Source: Octopus vulgaris
Lineage: Eukaryota
NCBI GenBank assembly: GCA_951406725.2
Contig: OX597814.1
Coordinates: 18,972,001-19,036,000, forward strand
Length of the DNA: 64,000 nucleotides
Direction: 5' to 3'
The notes below the pieces were generated by a model, which saw nothing but the letters and a program-made list of their open reading frames with translations, was not told where the DNA came from and did not search any database. This document shows positions 13,890-31,531 of this stretch, piece after piece; positions within the stretch are counted from its first letter, which is position 1, and each line of letters opens with the position of its first letter. The position numbers and the translations under genes are program-made.

Positions 13890-14266
13890 CCGAGTTTGTA
13901 TAACTGTATATAGAAGAATATATTAAACAATGAAATTCCAACTGATTTTCACGTTTTATTATTTGCAAGTTTTACTATTTTACAATCTTACAATATTGAA
14001 ATAAACTAGTACTTTCATGCGTTACGCATTCATTAGCCTTTTGAAGTGGCAATTGTGTTCCGTTACAGACTAATATTTTGGGGCAACCTTCTCATTCTAT
14101 CATATAATTCGTCCAACGCCCCAGGGCGGAGGCACATTGTGGATTCTTTTGGAATCCAGTTAGCCTATTATTGAACTACATGTTAGTGTAACATGTATGG
14201 AAATTTTGGTAAACATTGATTCGCTGCTTTAGGCACTAAGATTGTATCAGTAAGACAGAAATTGCC

Positions 14267-14324
<58 letters not shown>

Positions 14325-14671
14325 ATGGTTCCGGATTCAGTCCCACTGCGTGTGTTTTGACAAGTGTCTCCTACTATGCCTCGTGCCTTGTGTGTGGATT
14401 TGGTGACGGAAACCGAAAGTGCCCATCGTGTGAATAAGATAATTAAATGAGACTACCATTGCTAAACATGTCTTCAAATAAGTATATTTTTATTCAATAC
14501 TGTTTTGTGCGACACATATCTATATATCTACAGACACACACACACACACGTATATATATACTCGTATACACACACACACACTCATATATATATTTATATA
14601 TTTATATATATATATATATATACAAGAATACACATATACATATATATGTGTGTGTATATATATATATGTGT

Positions 14672-15920
<1,249 letters not shown>

Positions 15921-15939
15921 TTTATAAAAAATTTTTTTA

Positions 15940-16250
15940 AATACTGTTTTTACTGTCTTGTTTTGTTCTTAATGTCCTGTTCTTGTAACCAATTTTACCC
16001 CTCCGCCAAAAATCCAAATTTGATTTTATTTACTTTGCAGGAAGACTGTTTCAACGAAGTCGCGTCTTGTCCTAACTTTCGAAAAGGCCCAGTAGACGAA
16101 ACAGGGACAACTGAAGAAGGGGGAATATTTTTTTGTGTTGTATGTCTTGTACTCTGTTTTTTCGTTGTTTGAAAAAAAGTCCGTTTCCATGTTTTTGTTT
16201 TAATGTTTTCGTTTCTCATAGTGTTCAACGTTTTTTTGATGTCCTGTACC
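15940..16250 (+). repeat. Dispersed repeat (probable PLE-type terminal repeat), second copy at ~20845-21145
   Basis: Shared AAAATCC..GACTGTTTC..ACGAAGTC..GAAACAGGGACAACTGAAGAAGGGG and T-rich tail. Confidence 0.7.
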
Positions 16251-16387
16251 CATATATGCATGCATATATACATATATATGTTGGTATGTACATACATATA
16301 TATATGCATATATTTATATATTATTTATATTAGTATATGTTCGAACGCCACGCATCGTTTTCCAAGTAAGTTTTATCTTATATATGT

Positions 16388-16504
<117 letters not shown>

Positions 16505-17004
16505 TACATATGTATATACGTATATATGTGTGTGTTTGTGTCTGTGCACGAATGTATGTATATATATGTGTGTGTGTGTGTGTATACATATATTATAGTT
16601 ACAGTAACAGTTACGTTTACGTGCAGCTGAATCACTGATTTATAATTCCACTATATTATCGTCCTGATGTAAGCAGAGAAGAACTATATATTACAATGTT
16701 CTGAACGACTCTGGAGCTCGACAGACTCCACCTGCATATACACCCCTACTGATGCAACCCCTATTTCAAACCGTCTTGACCTCTCTCCTTCCTTCCCTCT
16801 CTCTATCACTCTCTCTTCCTCTCTACCCCACTCTCTCTTTCTTTTTCCTTCTTGTTTCTTATACTGAGTGTTTCATTTATTTAGACTTCTCTAAACTTGC
16901 TTTCTTACCCATTAACCCTATTTTCCTTTTCCCAGCTTCTCTCGTTTGCACTCTCTCTCCCACGTTCTCTTTCACTTTTTCTCTCTCTCTTTTCTCTCTC
17001 TCTC

Positions 17005-17036
<32 letters not shown>

Positions 17037-17608
17037 CAGCATACACACAGTCACAAACTCACATACTTATACTTATACACACATACACACACACACACAC
17101 ATATATATATATACACGCATGCATACATACATACATATATAGATACAAACACACATACGTACATACGTACATACATACATACATACATATATATCATTTT
17201 CTTTCTTTACAGGTCTTTCTCAGTCAGTCGCTGCCTCCTTGCTACTTCATCTTACATTTAAATATGTTCTTCCCTTTAAATGATATATTCGATGAAAGAA
17301 TTAGATAAACATAGCGATATAGCGAGCAACAGAGAATTTACAAGGGAAAAAGAAAAAGTGTGATATAAAAAAAAAAATTCCTAAAAAAATATAACAAAAA
17401 TTACAAAAACCTATCACAATTCAACAAGACCATAAAAAGAAATTCAATAAAAGGACAAGTTGCATATACGTAATTTTATATATGCTCATGTGTGAGTCAG
17501 GGAGTTTGTATTTTTGTATGTGTGTAGCTATATGTGTAAACAGATACACGCGTATATAGGCGTATATGTATATATTCATGTATATATGTGTATATATATA
17601 TAAATATG

Positions 17609-17686
<78 letters not shown>

Positions 17687-17700
17687 TATATAAATGTATA

Positions 17701-18918
17701 TTCGACAAAGGTGATCATTTCATGATATGTCACAAGCTGCGAATCTTTGGTAAAGTTGGTAGAATAAGAGCGTGGCTGCATGACTTCCAGAACGATAGAA
17801 GTCAGACAGTTGCAGCCAATGGTGCATTCTCTAGAGAAACGCAAATTTCGAGTTGTGACCCTTAGGGAACTGTCTTAGAGCCATTGATGTTTATAGTAGC
17901 CTTCTCAGGCATGCCCACGGTCACTCAGACAGCCACTGACACTTGCTACGCCGATGATCAAAATTATCACAGACAATAAACTATCCTAATGGTGTCGTAA
18001 GCCTGCAGATCTAAATGCAATATACAAGTGAGCAGAGCAAAATAATATGCAATTTAAAACTGAATAATTTCAAGCACTGAACTGTAACATCACAAATGAG
18101 CCACAACTGGCATTTACAGGACCTGGAGGTACTGCAATACCAGATTCCCAAAAAATGAGAAACCTGAGCATCAGTATGTGTAATGATGCATCATTTAACA
18201 TGCACATTACCAAGCTGGAAGCAAGCTGCTGGCAATTGGAGGGATGAATACTAAGGGCATTCAGGACAAGAGATCAGGAAGTCTAGTTGACTCTATGGAA
18301 GACCTTTGTCCTTGGCTGCATTGACTATTGCTCTCAGCTGTGGTCACCACACAGTGTCAAGCTAACAACGGAGCTTGAGATAATCCAGCGTTACTACACT
18401 AAAAAGGGAGAGGCTGAAAAAGCTACGACTCTAGCCCCTAGAGCGTACACCTGAGAGATATGCAATAATTTACATGTAGAAAATTCTGGAAGGGCTAGTA
18501 CCCAATTTTGGCATCCAGTGTTATATGAATGCTCGTACTGGACGCCACTGCATAGTAGCGAAGATACCGTCCAATGCATATAATATAAGAACCAGGTACC
18601 GCAACAGCCTAGGGTTCAGAGGAACACAGCTCTTCAATGCTTTGCCAAAATAATTGAGAAACTTACACGATATAGATGTGGAAGTCTTCTAAACGAAACT
18701 GGACACTCTCCTATCCACAATACTAGACGAACCATTTGCTCGACATGAGGTACAGTTGAGAGCAGCAGTGTCAAATCCCATCATACACCAGATGGGCCTT
18801 GAAAATTTTGATGGAATGGCATTAGCAGGAGGAGAAGAACTACGGAAGGATTGCGGAGAATGAAAAATCATGATTGTGCCCCAGCATGACCGCAGCCACC
18901 TGGCTGAAACACATAAAG
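17701..18918 (+). mobile_element. Older decayed LINE of the same group as 14862-15920
   Basis: FDK.DH, GTVLEPLMFIVA, CYADD, DYCSQLWSP remnants with many stops/frameshifts; 3' hairpin tail. Confidence 0.88.
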
Positions 18919-20527
<1,609 letters not shown>

Positions 20528-21399
20528 TATCTAAATAATTACGATGCGCACTCTTCTATCTCTACTATCTCTTCTCTGTCTATCTCTCTCCCTCTCTTAT
20601 TCTTTATCCTCTCTGGTTTTCTCTCCCACACTTTCCTATTCTTCTCCTCTCCTCTTCACCATTCCCTCTCTGTCACTCCTCCTCGACTCTCTCGTCGCTG
20701 ACACATGACAAAAGAGAATCTATATTTTGCCCATTACCTTCCTAAAGACAATACGTGCTTATACTATCTCCTCTCATAAGCTCGTCTTCCTAGCGTTCAT
20801 AATTTTTTATGGTCTTGGCTTAACAACCCTCAACGTTTATTTTTAATGTTTTGTTTTCACTGTCCTGTTCTTGCTAGGACTTTCACCCATCGCAAAAAAT
20901 CCCAAATTTTATTTAATTTGCTTTGCGGTTAGGACTGTTTCTACGAAGTCACGTATTGACCTTGCCTTCGTAACGCGGGGTAGATGAAACAGGGACAACT
21001 GAAGAAGGGGAATATTCTTTATGTTACATGTCTCGTTTCTCTGTTTGTTTGTTTTTCGTTATTCGAAAAAAAAAGTTCGTTTCTATGTTTTTGTTTTTGT
21101 TTTCGTTTCTCATTGTGTTCAACGTATATTTGATATCCTGTACCCATATATGCATGTATATATGCATATATATATATATGTAGGTATGTACATATTTGTA
21201 TGTATATATGCATATATTTATATATTATTTATATTACATACCTACATGCATACATACATTCATACGTACACCTATACACACAATCAGCATATTCACTGTA
21301 CTGTATTGTTACTTATCTGTTTTCAAGTGCGCCTGTTGTACATATTTAAATCAAACTGAATATGTATATTTAAAAAAATATATATACTTTATCTTATGA

Positions 21400-21558
21400 C
21401 TAGCAGTATCGCCCGGCGTTGCTCAGGTTTGTAAGGGAAATAACTATGTGTGTGTCAAGTTTCATCAGAATCGGTTGAAAGCCGTGGTCAGGGTGAGGGT
21501 ACAAGCAAACAGACACACAGAAAACGCACAGACAAACTGCCGTTTATATAGAGAGAGA
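21400..21558 (-). mobile_element. Non-autonomous Helitron, internally deleted (159 bp)
   Basis: Minus strand 5'-TC...GC-rich hairpin...CTAG-3', inserted between A and T; deletion derivative of 29918-30274. Confidence 0.85.
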
Positions 21559-22477
21559 TAACTCACACAAAAACACCTATTCATAAATATAGAATTTAAG
21601 GATAGAAAAAATACGTGACGACAACAAAAGATAGAGAGTGGGGGTAAGTGAGTGAGAAGTTAGAAAAAGCTATGAGCAGCAATTAGAGATAAAACAGTGA
21701 AAAGAAACTGTTTATAGTTAATTTTATTAAATACCCCAACAATTTCTCATCTTTATATTTTAATAAATGGATCATTCTCTTTCCCTTATTTTTATCTTTA
21801 ATTTAATCTGTTACTCTACTCTGTTCTTGTTCTTCGGTTGTTGTTTTTCTATATTTCCCTCATTCACTCCCTCTCTCATTTCATCACTCCATAACTCTCT
21901 CACTCTCTCCTTCTCTCTCCTCCTCAATCCCTCTCTCATCTTGCACGCAATCTCATCACTTTTCTAAATCTTTATTCCTGTTTCTCTATCCCCCCGCCCT
22001 TCTTTGCCTCTTTTGTCCGTCTGTGAACCACAAATACCTCGTGTTTGTGTCTTTCTCTCTTTTTTTTAACAATCACTCTGTAAATAAATATCTCACCTAT
22101 CCCTCAGTGAAACACAAACACGATTTGTCTATCTCTTTGATTGTCACACATACTCTCTCTCTCTCTCTTTCTCTGTCTCACTCTCTCAATCTCTCACTCG
22201 CTCCTTATCGTTCCCCCGCTCTTCTGCATCTCTCACATTCTCTCTCTACACGCTCCTTATCTTTCTCCCTTCATTTTATTTATCTTATCTCTCTCTCGGT
22301 CACTCTTTCTCTCCCTCCTTCCTTATCTCGCACGTGCGCGTATTCGCTCTCGCTCTCTCTCTCCCTCATGGGTGCATTCTCTCTCTCCCCCCTCCCTCTC
22401 TCTCTCGCTCCTATTATTTCTCTCTCGTTTCTATTCTCTCTTTTTCTCCCTCCTCAACGCTTTTACACTTCCTCCTA

Positions 22478-22512
<35 letters not shown>

Positions 22513-23298
22513 ACTCCGTATATCTCTGTCATATCTTTCTCCCTCTTTCTCTTCTCTAGCTTCCAATCTCTCTGTCTCTCTCTTTCACGATCTCGCTCCT
22601 CCTCACTCTCTCTCTCTCTCTTTCTATCTCTCTCGCTTCTCACTCTCTCGGTACTACTTTCTCTCTCTCTCATTATCCCCCCCTCTCTCTCTCTCACTTT
22701 CTTTTAACCTGCATACTTCACTCTCAATATATTTCGCACCTTATATTTGTCACTCGCACCGACACTCAACTCTTTTTTTCTTTTATACATTTCCAACGAT
22801 ACGCTTTCTATACACAATCAATTGTTTAATCTCTTATTCATTCTCCGACTACCGCGCTCTCATCCTGACCGCTGTTTCTACAATGTTGACATAACTTATT
22901 AACTCATCCAGAGATCACAATCTTCCACCAGTGAATCTCACTGTAGTGTGTGGTCGGATTAATATATTTGTCATCTCTTAAAGCACATTAAAAAAAAAAC
23001 TACCAGGATTTCTATCGCGCACATATATAAAAGAAAACCATCTCATACAAACACACAAAACAATATCCTCGTACCATATACAAATATACATACATATTTA
23101 CATGTACATACCTATCTATATGTATATATCTACACGGCTCTACACACCCAAACACACATAAACATAGACACAGAAACACACATAAACACAAACACAGACA
23201 CACACACACACATCCATACACATATACATATAAATGTGCATGTGTGTATATATATATATATGTGTACACCTACATATATATATATATGTGTGTGTATA

Positions 23299-23345
<47 letters not shown>

Positions 23346-23360
23346 ATATGTATATATGTT

Positions 23361-23397
<37 letters not shown>

Positions 23398-23431
23398 ATA
23401 TATATATATATATACCACTTCACACCGATAA

Positions 23432-23476
<45 letters not shown>

Positions 23477-23824
23477 ATGTGTATATACACACACACACAC
23501 ACACACAAACACACACATTTATCTACACAAAACTGTAAAAGGAAAAACGTAAAGAAAAATATGCCACCGAACCCACCCGCAATGTTGGTTATTCCACCCG
23601 ACAAAAGCAGACCAATGGCTGGCAGGTATTACCCATCCAGCTGGATGGACTTGCTCACAGTATGTTTGTACCGTAAACAATTTACCAGTGAGAAGCACAT
23701 GGCTGACAGAGGAGTTCCAGTTACTTCCGCTACGTTTATGCTGTTTCTCAGGAAGCAAGTTTTATAAGAACATTGTATGCTCATACGGAATACCAGTATA
23801 TGTGTATGCATGTCTGTGTATATA

Positions 23825-23880
<56 letters not shown>

Positions 23881-25070
23881 TAAACACATATATATGTGTG
23901 TGTGTGAATGAATGTATATTTATATATATATATATACATATACACACATACATATGTGTAATAAATATACATGCTTCTGATGTTATTTGCCTTGGCTCAA
24001 TTTTGATTTTACGTGTGTATGTGTTTGTGTTGTGCGTGTGTGTGTGAGTATATGCAATACAAGCATATACATAGATGCATAATGCATATATACATTCACT
24101 CATAAGTACGTATTTTCATATACGTTTTTCGTGTAGTATTTCTCATAAATAAATATCTTAACGCTAGAACAACGAAAGTTAAAATACGGGTCGATGGTTA
24201 GTACTGTAAGGACCTATTCAAGAATTCTATGGAGGAAGGTGTTGATAGCTGGGTTCTCTGTGTGTATTTATTTAGGGTCGGTGTGTATATAGGAGCCAAT
24301 ATTCTCAAGTTGTCAATATATCTTTTTGCAGCTTCAAAGGAAATGTAGATGTCGCGTCAGACATTCTGAGCTACAACAGAACAAAATGCATAACGACGAA
24401 GTTTTCACCTCACATTCCAGCTTGTCAATGGTTATTTTCCATAGAGAGACTCTTACACTATCTGATATTAACATGAGGCTACACAAGCTGAACGGTCAAC
24501 GATTTTAAAGACCGATGCACTCAAAAGGATGCACCCCACTGGGAACATTCCACCTTCCTAACATACTTCGCGTGGAGGCTCTGAGACCATAAAAACGACT
24601 TCATCAACGAGAGAGGTACCATTAGTTATCTGGAGTTCGTAAGTACCAAATTGTGTTGTCCTGAGAAATTCCACATGCCCGTCAAGTCGGTAGTTTCCAT
24701 CAATAAGAAACGAAAATTATCCCTATCATGAGAAGTACGCCCTGCTAATAAAAATTCAACTGCTGGCCGCTGATAATGTGGATATACCACACTATATGAA
24801 ATTAACCCTTGCAAAACAGCTGCATGTAGACATTACTACATATTTCAAAACAAACTTCTTCTCGTTTGCTCATTTCACAAACATCATAGCACCAACTACA
24901 TGCAGCGGCATTGTGCACTCTTAGTAATTATGTCTCAGATTAAATAATATATTGTCTGTGTGTCTGTCTATCTCTCCCACCCTCTCTCACCCTCTCTATA
25001 CATATGTATGTGAACGCCCACTTAGTGGTCGTCCCTCTTATATGTATGTTATATGTATGTATATATACAT

Positions 25071-25727
25071 ACAGCCTCAGGAGTGGCCATGGGAACGCGA
25101 ATGGGCCCCAACTATGCGTACCTGTTCGTTGGCTATGTTGAGGCCCAAATATTCTCTAATTTCACTGGTCCCACTCCCGAACTATACGGTCGTTACATTG
25201 ATGACATTATCGGTGCCACCTCACTCTCCCGTGAACATCTAGATTCCTTCCTCTCTTTCGTTCAATCCTTCCATCCTGCCCTCCACTTCACCTCCACTAT
25301 CTCCTACACCTCTGTCTCCTTCCTCGACATTTCGGTCAGCATTCATCACTCCACTCTTACCACCTCCATTCACTACAAACACACAGACTCACACTCATAC
25401 CTAAACTTCTCTTCCTCCCACCCCAAAAACACTAAGCTTTCCATCCCCTATTCCCAATTCCTCCGTCTACGTAGGCTCTGTAGTGACGACCATGACTTTG
25501 AGACTCAGTCTCAACTCATGGCTCGCCATTTCATCCTAAGTGGATATCCCTTCACCACTATCCACACCGCCCTTGCCAGAGCACGTTCCGTAGACCGTGC
25601 ATCTGCTCTCTCCCCCCGAACCAGCCCCGCAGTCTCCCGCCTCCCTTTTCCCCTCACTTACCACCCCACCACCCTACGTCTCCAACGCACCATTCTTCGA
25701 GCTTTCCGGCATCTCCAGTCTGACCCG
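25071..25727 (+). mobile_element. Penelope-like (Neptune type) reverse transcriptase fragment, open frame
   Basis: GVAMGTRMGPNYA.LFVG, RYIDDI, SFLDI, YK.TDSHSYLNFSSSHP, SIPYSQFLRLRRLCS, GYP, LTYHP, LQSDP. Confidence 0.95.
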
Positions 25728-25889
25728 TAAACTTACTTACTTGGAAAAGGATGCGTGTATATATGTATATATACATGCATATATGGGTACAGAATGTATA
25801 TACTTATATGATAAAGAGAACAAGCAGAGCATGTGGTATCACTATAGAGCATGGGATTTATAATTCAAACATAATTTCTGAGTCACCTT

Positions 25890-26133
25890 GTCACGTGGCC
25901 GACCAGGCTATCAAATGCTGTCAAATGTTGTAGTATATCGCTGGTCATACTGTGTTTTTCATTGTTTTACCTTTCAAATGAGGCCAACCATTCACCACTG
26001 ATCGAAAGTGGGACTGGAGCAACGCGAAATACAATGTTTTGCTCAAGAACACATCGCGCCAGCCAATCAGGGAATCGATCCTACGTTCTGGAGATCGTGA
26101 GTGCAACAGCCTGACCACTAGGCCATCCGCCTT
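25890..26133 (-). mobile_element. Diverged tRNA-derived SINE related to families B/C
   Basis: TCACGTGGCCGACCAG end as at 7400; minus-strand TGGCCTAGTGGTCAGG and TCGATTCCC boxes. Confidence 0.65.
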
Positions 26134-26609
26134 CCCCAACTGCGGAGTAGTTAGAGTAAATAAAAGAATAAGATATAATGCGTAAAGTCTCTTACAGCTG
26201 TTTCTAGAATAGCTGTGCATATCGTACATAGTCAGCGAGCAACGATTTCCTTATAAACCGACTAACGCAGGTAACTATTATATTTTATTAAGGATACCCA
26301 GCAGCGCATTGTGTTCTTGAGAGAGAAATTTTATTTGAAGTTGCTTTAGTCCATTCAGATAGCAAAAATGAGTAGTACCTATTTTCTAAAGAACCATCTT
26401 CTTTGTAAGAGCCTTCCTCTTTGTCACACTTTGTATCACGCTGTATCATCTTGAGAACTACGTTTAATAGTGTGTATGTATGTCAGTTGAGTGCTCAGCC
26501 ATTTGCACATAAATTCCTCGAACAGGGTGTTCCGTTGATTGGATCAAGCGGAAACGTCGTCGTCGTCGTAACGGAACACCGATTATATATTCATATACAC
26601 ACATACACG

Positions 26610-26644
<35 letters not shown>

Positions 26645-27000
26645 GCATACACACGCACACACACATATATATATATATGTAGATATGTGTGTATATGTGT
26701 GTGCGTGCGTGAACGTGTGTGTCACACTTTGGGCAAATAGATCGTGAAAAAGCAACTATACTACGGTATTTACAAGGTGATATCTCATGTGGACGTGCTG
26801 TGTCTAAAAACATATATATGAATAGTAGACGAAAGCCGTATAGCAGCGGCCGGTGAGAATGCTGGATTCACATTTGTTTCTCGCTGAGTTGGTCAGTAAC
26901 ATGTACTTGCTGCCAACCACATGCTAAGATGAAATCCGTCGCTATCATTATACGGAATCGGTGTCTGAACAATCACAGGTGTTGCTTTTAACCGCACAGA

Positions 27001-27037
<37 letters not shown>

Positions 27038-27440
27038 CAGAAGTATTAGATTGAAAGAAGAATTGACTATTCTCCTCATTTTAACATACACATCTGTTCT
27101 CTCTTCTTGATCTACTTAATACTACCACTACATGATGAAAATTTCGTTCACGCGACAAGAGTCCTTTGAATGAATAGCACATGGTATGTACGTCTCCACA
27201 CTTTGCATTTGTAATGACAAAATATGAACTCCTATCGAAATTTACATACCAAGGACAACAAGCATTTCTACCACTTCTACAAACCACTTTCCTTGGATAA
27301 TGGAACTGCAACTATAACAGTTTACATTCATTTTTAAAATTTTTATTTTCCTTTGTACTTCTTATTTAAAATCTCTTCCAAAATAACTTCTTATTTTAAA
27401 CTGTACTATTTCTCTCTATGTAACCATATATGTAGATATA

Positions 27441-27480
<40 letters not shown>

Positions 27481-27515
27481 TATATATACATATATATACA
27501 CACACATATATATAT

Positions 27516-27590
<75 letters not shown>

Positions 27591-27725
27591 TACATGCATA
27601 TATACATACATACATAAATGGCTAGCTACCTACCTAGATGGATAAATTCAAAGATGCATACGCACGTGTATATATAAATATATATATATATATATATTTA
27701 TATACATATACATATATATATATAC

Positions 27726-27793
<68 letters not shown>

Positions 27794-27944
27794 GTTGTTG
27801 AAAGAAACGCTTCGCAGACTCTTTGAGAGAGAGACTGAGAACTGTAATAATCAGAAGGCACTAAATGAGAGGAGTATAGTGAACGGAGTAAAACTTTCTA
27901 ACCGAGCTCTTGAAGAGCATTTTTGTGCAAACTAGCGACGTGGA

Positions 27945-28858
27945 AACCAGAGCTGTTGTGGTGAAGAAGCACACCGTGTCACCGATTGGGTTGTATCAGC
28001 TGGATTTTGTCTCGATGAGTCGGTACATTTGAGGTACGTAAAGTTCTGTCATGAGTGTGTGACTGTTTCAAGTATTTTGTGGTTGGTTAACCATTTCTAA
28101 TCACACCAAACGCAAATCATTGTCTTGCGCGGATGCAGCGTTCGATTGGCACGAGTTGTTACTAGTTTGTTGCCGGGACCATTCCCCACTGCTTCATATT
28201 GACGTCGAGATACCATATTTCATCGCCGGTAACGATGAGTATTTTGTGTTGACGTGTAGCGTGGTGTCGAGCGAGCAAACTGCCGGTGATATCACTAGTG
28301 TTTGTCCCTTTCGTAGAGAGCGAGTGGCACCCATGCACCACGTTTTTGGATTTTACTATGGAGTGATGGCGACGGGCGACGGTATCATAGGCGGCGAGCT
28401 GGCAGAAACGTTAGCGCGCCATGCGAAATGCTTAGCGGTATTTCGTCTGTCGCAACGTTCTGAGTTCAAATTTCGCCGAGGTCGACTTTGCCTTTCATCC
28501 TTTCGGGGTCGATAAATTAAGTACCAGTTACGCACTGGGGTCGATGTAATCGACTTAATACCCATGCCTGTCCTTGTTTGTCCCCTCTATGTTTAGCCCC
28601 TTGTGGGTAATAAAGAAATGGGTATCATATGAGCATTCCAGTTTTTTTGGCCAGTTCTCTAATGGAAATGTATGTGTCTTCGGGAATGAACATGTACAAT
28701 GAACTTCATTGCTGGAGTAGGGAGATACAGTGAAGTCCAATTTCCTTTGCTTCATGCGTGGAAACTATTGCTTTGAAGTTCTTCCAGAAATAACGCCTTC
28801 TTTGCACACAGCACAAATGATTCGAGCGACAGTAGCTGCTTTGCTGTTGATTCTGAAC
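27945..28858 (-). pseudogene. Decayed mariner transposase, interrupted by a SINE
   Basis: KAATVARIICAV, IRELAKK, GAWVP, IVTGDEIW, LHPRKTMICVW, GVLLHHNS; sequence is continuous across the 28390-28620 SINE. Confidence 0.85.
28390..28620 (+). mobile_element. tRNA-derived SINE family D monomer with 9-bp TSD
   Basis: TGGCAGAAACGTT and GAGTTCAAAT boxes; GGTATCATA at 28381-28389 and 28621-28629. Confidence 0.88.
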
Positions 28859-28859
28859 C

Positions 28860-29792
28860 GTAAAATTTTTCCATTAAATACCCCTTTAATCGAAATATGA
28901 TAGTGAGGTGAGGTGAACTTTGGCATATTCTACTGAACCTTTTCCTTCACTCCACTTGTTCGCAAAATCTCACCAAAGTAGAATCTTACATAGTATGATA
29001 GTGTGTTGGTTCTCCAACTTAGTGGAAATAAAAAACCCTATTTTCAACGTCTTCCTTTTAAATGCTTTGCAGTTGAGGTTGTTCAGGTAATTGGTACCAG
29101 CTACAGTACCGTCAAAACGTGATGGTATAATTAATCCTTTTGATGATGAACCACACCATACTGTAACTCTCATTAAATTACCATGATTTTCCTCTGGGAT
29201 GTGTAGGTTTTGTGGATCCAAGGTGTAGTGTTTAAATGAAGCCTCATCACTCCAAACATCATATGATGGAAGGTGTGTATCTTCTACACTCGCAAAACTC
29301 CTCTGATCAATCCGGATCAATTCCATTTAGAACATGACTTATTCTTGGAATGCAACATTTCAGATTACGGTGCTTAAAAATGCCACGGAGAATTTGCTTT
29401 TGAAAAATTTTTTCTGATGATTCACATGCCGCACAGATTTTCTTGACTTATGGTAATACATTTAAAGAAATTTGTGTTGTATTGTGGGGCTCATCGATGT
29501 CTGCGTTTTTCCCGAATATCTTATGCGGACATTCTGAAAAGTTCCGTTTTCTTGTAACTTATCTCTAATTCGAGTGATGGTAAACCACAAAGAACAATCT
29601 GTTTAAAAATCTCTCCTAGCCTGTCTTTGCACCACGGCTGCGTTTTCAAGCTTCTAGCTGTACTTTATTTGTTTTATTTATTAAAACTTAATCTGGCTTC
29701 ATCAATTATTTCGAATGGGTTAAATCTAAAAATACATAAAAATAAGTTATCTCCTGTTAAATGTGTATACAATTGTTAGAACAGCCTATATA
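28860..29792 (-). pseudogene. Decayed Tc1-like transposase (DUF4817-type N-terminus)
   Basis: TITRIRDKLQENGT, VWSDEASF, VTVWCG.SSKGLI.P..FDGTV.G.NYL, GSVEY..SP.LT remnants; TIR-like end near 29770-29792. Confidence 0.8.
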
Positions 29793-29871
29793 CATATAAA
29801 CAAGGTCGCGCGTATGTATACATATGGATGTTGTTTGTTTGTTTGAGTATGTATGCTTTTATATATGCGTC

Positions 29872-29917
<46 letters not shown>

Positions 29918-29918
<1 letters not shown>

Positions 29919-30274
29919 TAGCAGTATCGCCCGGCGTTGCTCAGGTTTGTAAGGGAAATAACTATAAAGCATTTTTAGAGAGTTGTAGCAGAAAAATAGT
30001 TAAATGGGTGAGAGTTAAAAAAGGTGGAGTTGCGTCCCCTAGACGGTCTGTGGTTTGGGTTTCTGATTCTCGACCCCATGTCGAATTTATCGATTTTTTT
30101 CAGAACTGGGGGAACTTTTCAAAATTTTCGCTGCGTTAGTTTTGAATTATGACATTGGGCTATGTGTGTGTCAAGTTTCATCAGAATCGGTTGAAAGCCG
30201 TGGTCAGAGTGAGGGTACGAGAAAACAGACACACAGAAAACGCACAGACAAACTGCCGTTTATATAGAGAGAGA
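29918..30274 (-). mobile_element. Non-autonomous Helitron
   Basis: 5'-TC, subterminal hairpin, CTAG-3', A|T insertion site. Confidence 0.85.
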
Positions 30275-30703
30275 TATATACGTATATCGACAAAGTTACA
30301 GGCAAACAGACAGACGGATAGATAGATAGTTAGATAGATAGATAGAGAGATAGATAGATAGATAGACAGATAGATAGATAGATAGATACATACATACATA
30401 CATACACACATACATACATACATACATACATACAACATACATACATACATACATATGCAAATACATGTATAGATATCCGTCTATCTATGCAACAATTTCT
30501 CATATGTATGATTTTGTATGTGTCAGCGTTTTTTATTCGGGTATAACTTAAGAAAGTAAGGCTGTGAGACTGAAAAAATTCTGAATTCCAACAAGCGGGA
30601 AGACATGTGCGCGCTCGCACATACATACATACATACATACATACATACATGCATACATACATACATACATGCATATATATATATTATATATATGTATGTA
30701 TAT

Positions 30704-30802
<99 letters not shown>

Positions 30803-30803
30803 C

Positions 30804-30951
<148 letters not shown>

Positions 30952-31318
30952 GTATATGTACAGTCTAAAAGCGACAGAGAGGAATTGTATCTAAGGGCAG
31001 ACTGAAACTGATTCTGTAGAAAAAATATATATATAATTCTTTTTCCAGAGTGAGTTGAGATTCTAATGAAATGCATTAAAATTTGCTGGTGACAATATCT
31101 GAAATTTGGCACATCTGTGATATGTGATAAAATCTGACTGCATGGTATGCTTCTTCTGATAAAGATTTATACAAGCTACTAACAGATATATGATGGTGTA
31201 GAAAGAGATCAGGATAGTATTTAACGAGGCCAAACAACTGCTTCCGATGAAGTTAAATATATATGTGAGGGTGTGTACATACAAGTACACACTGACAAAA
31301 AATTTTAAAGATATATAT

Positions 31319-31484
31319 AGGCGCAGGAGTGGCTGTGTGGTAAGTAGCTTGCTAACCAACCACATGATTCCGGGTTCAGTCCCACTGCGTGGCATCTTGG
31401 GCAAGTGTCTTCTGCTATAGCCCCGGGCCGATCAATGCCTTGTGAGTGGATTTGGTAGACGGAAACTGAAAGAAGCCTGTCATA

Positions 31485-31531
<47 letters not shown>

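Noticed and set aside
24802-24921. Cys-rich minus-strand frame (ACSWCYDVC..CFEICS)
   Set aside because: Bounded by stops, no start codon or convincing splice acceptor
26188-26210. GAAACAGCTGTAAGA (minus), the 3' half of the 10260 hammerhead family
   Set aside because: No recognisable core or stem II upstream
27904-27936. TTGAAGA-GCAT-TTTT-GTGC-AAAC
   Set aside because: Lacks G12 and a cleavage triplet/stem I
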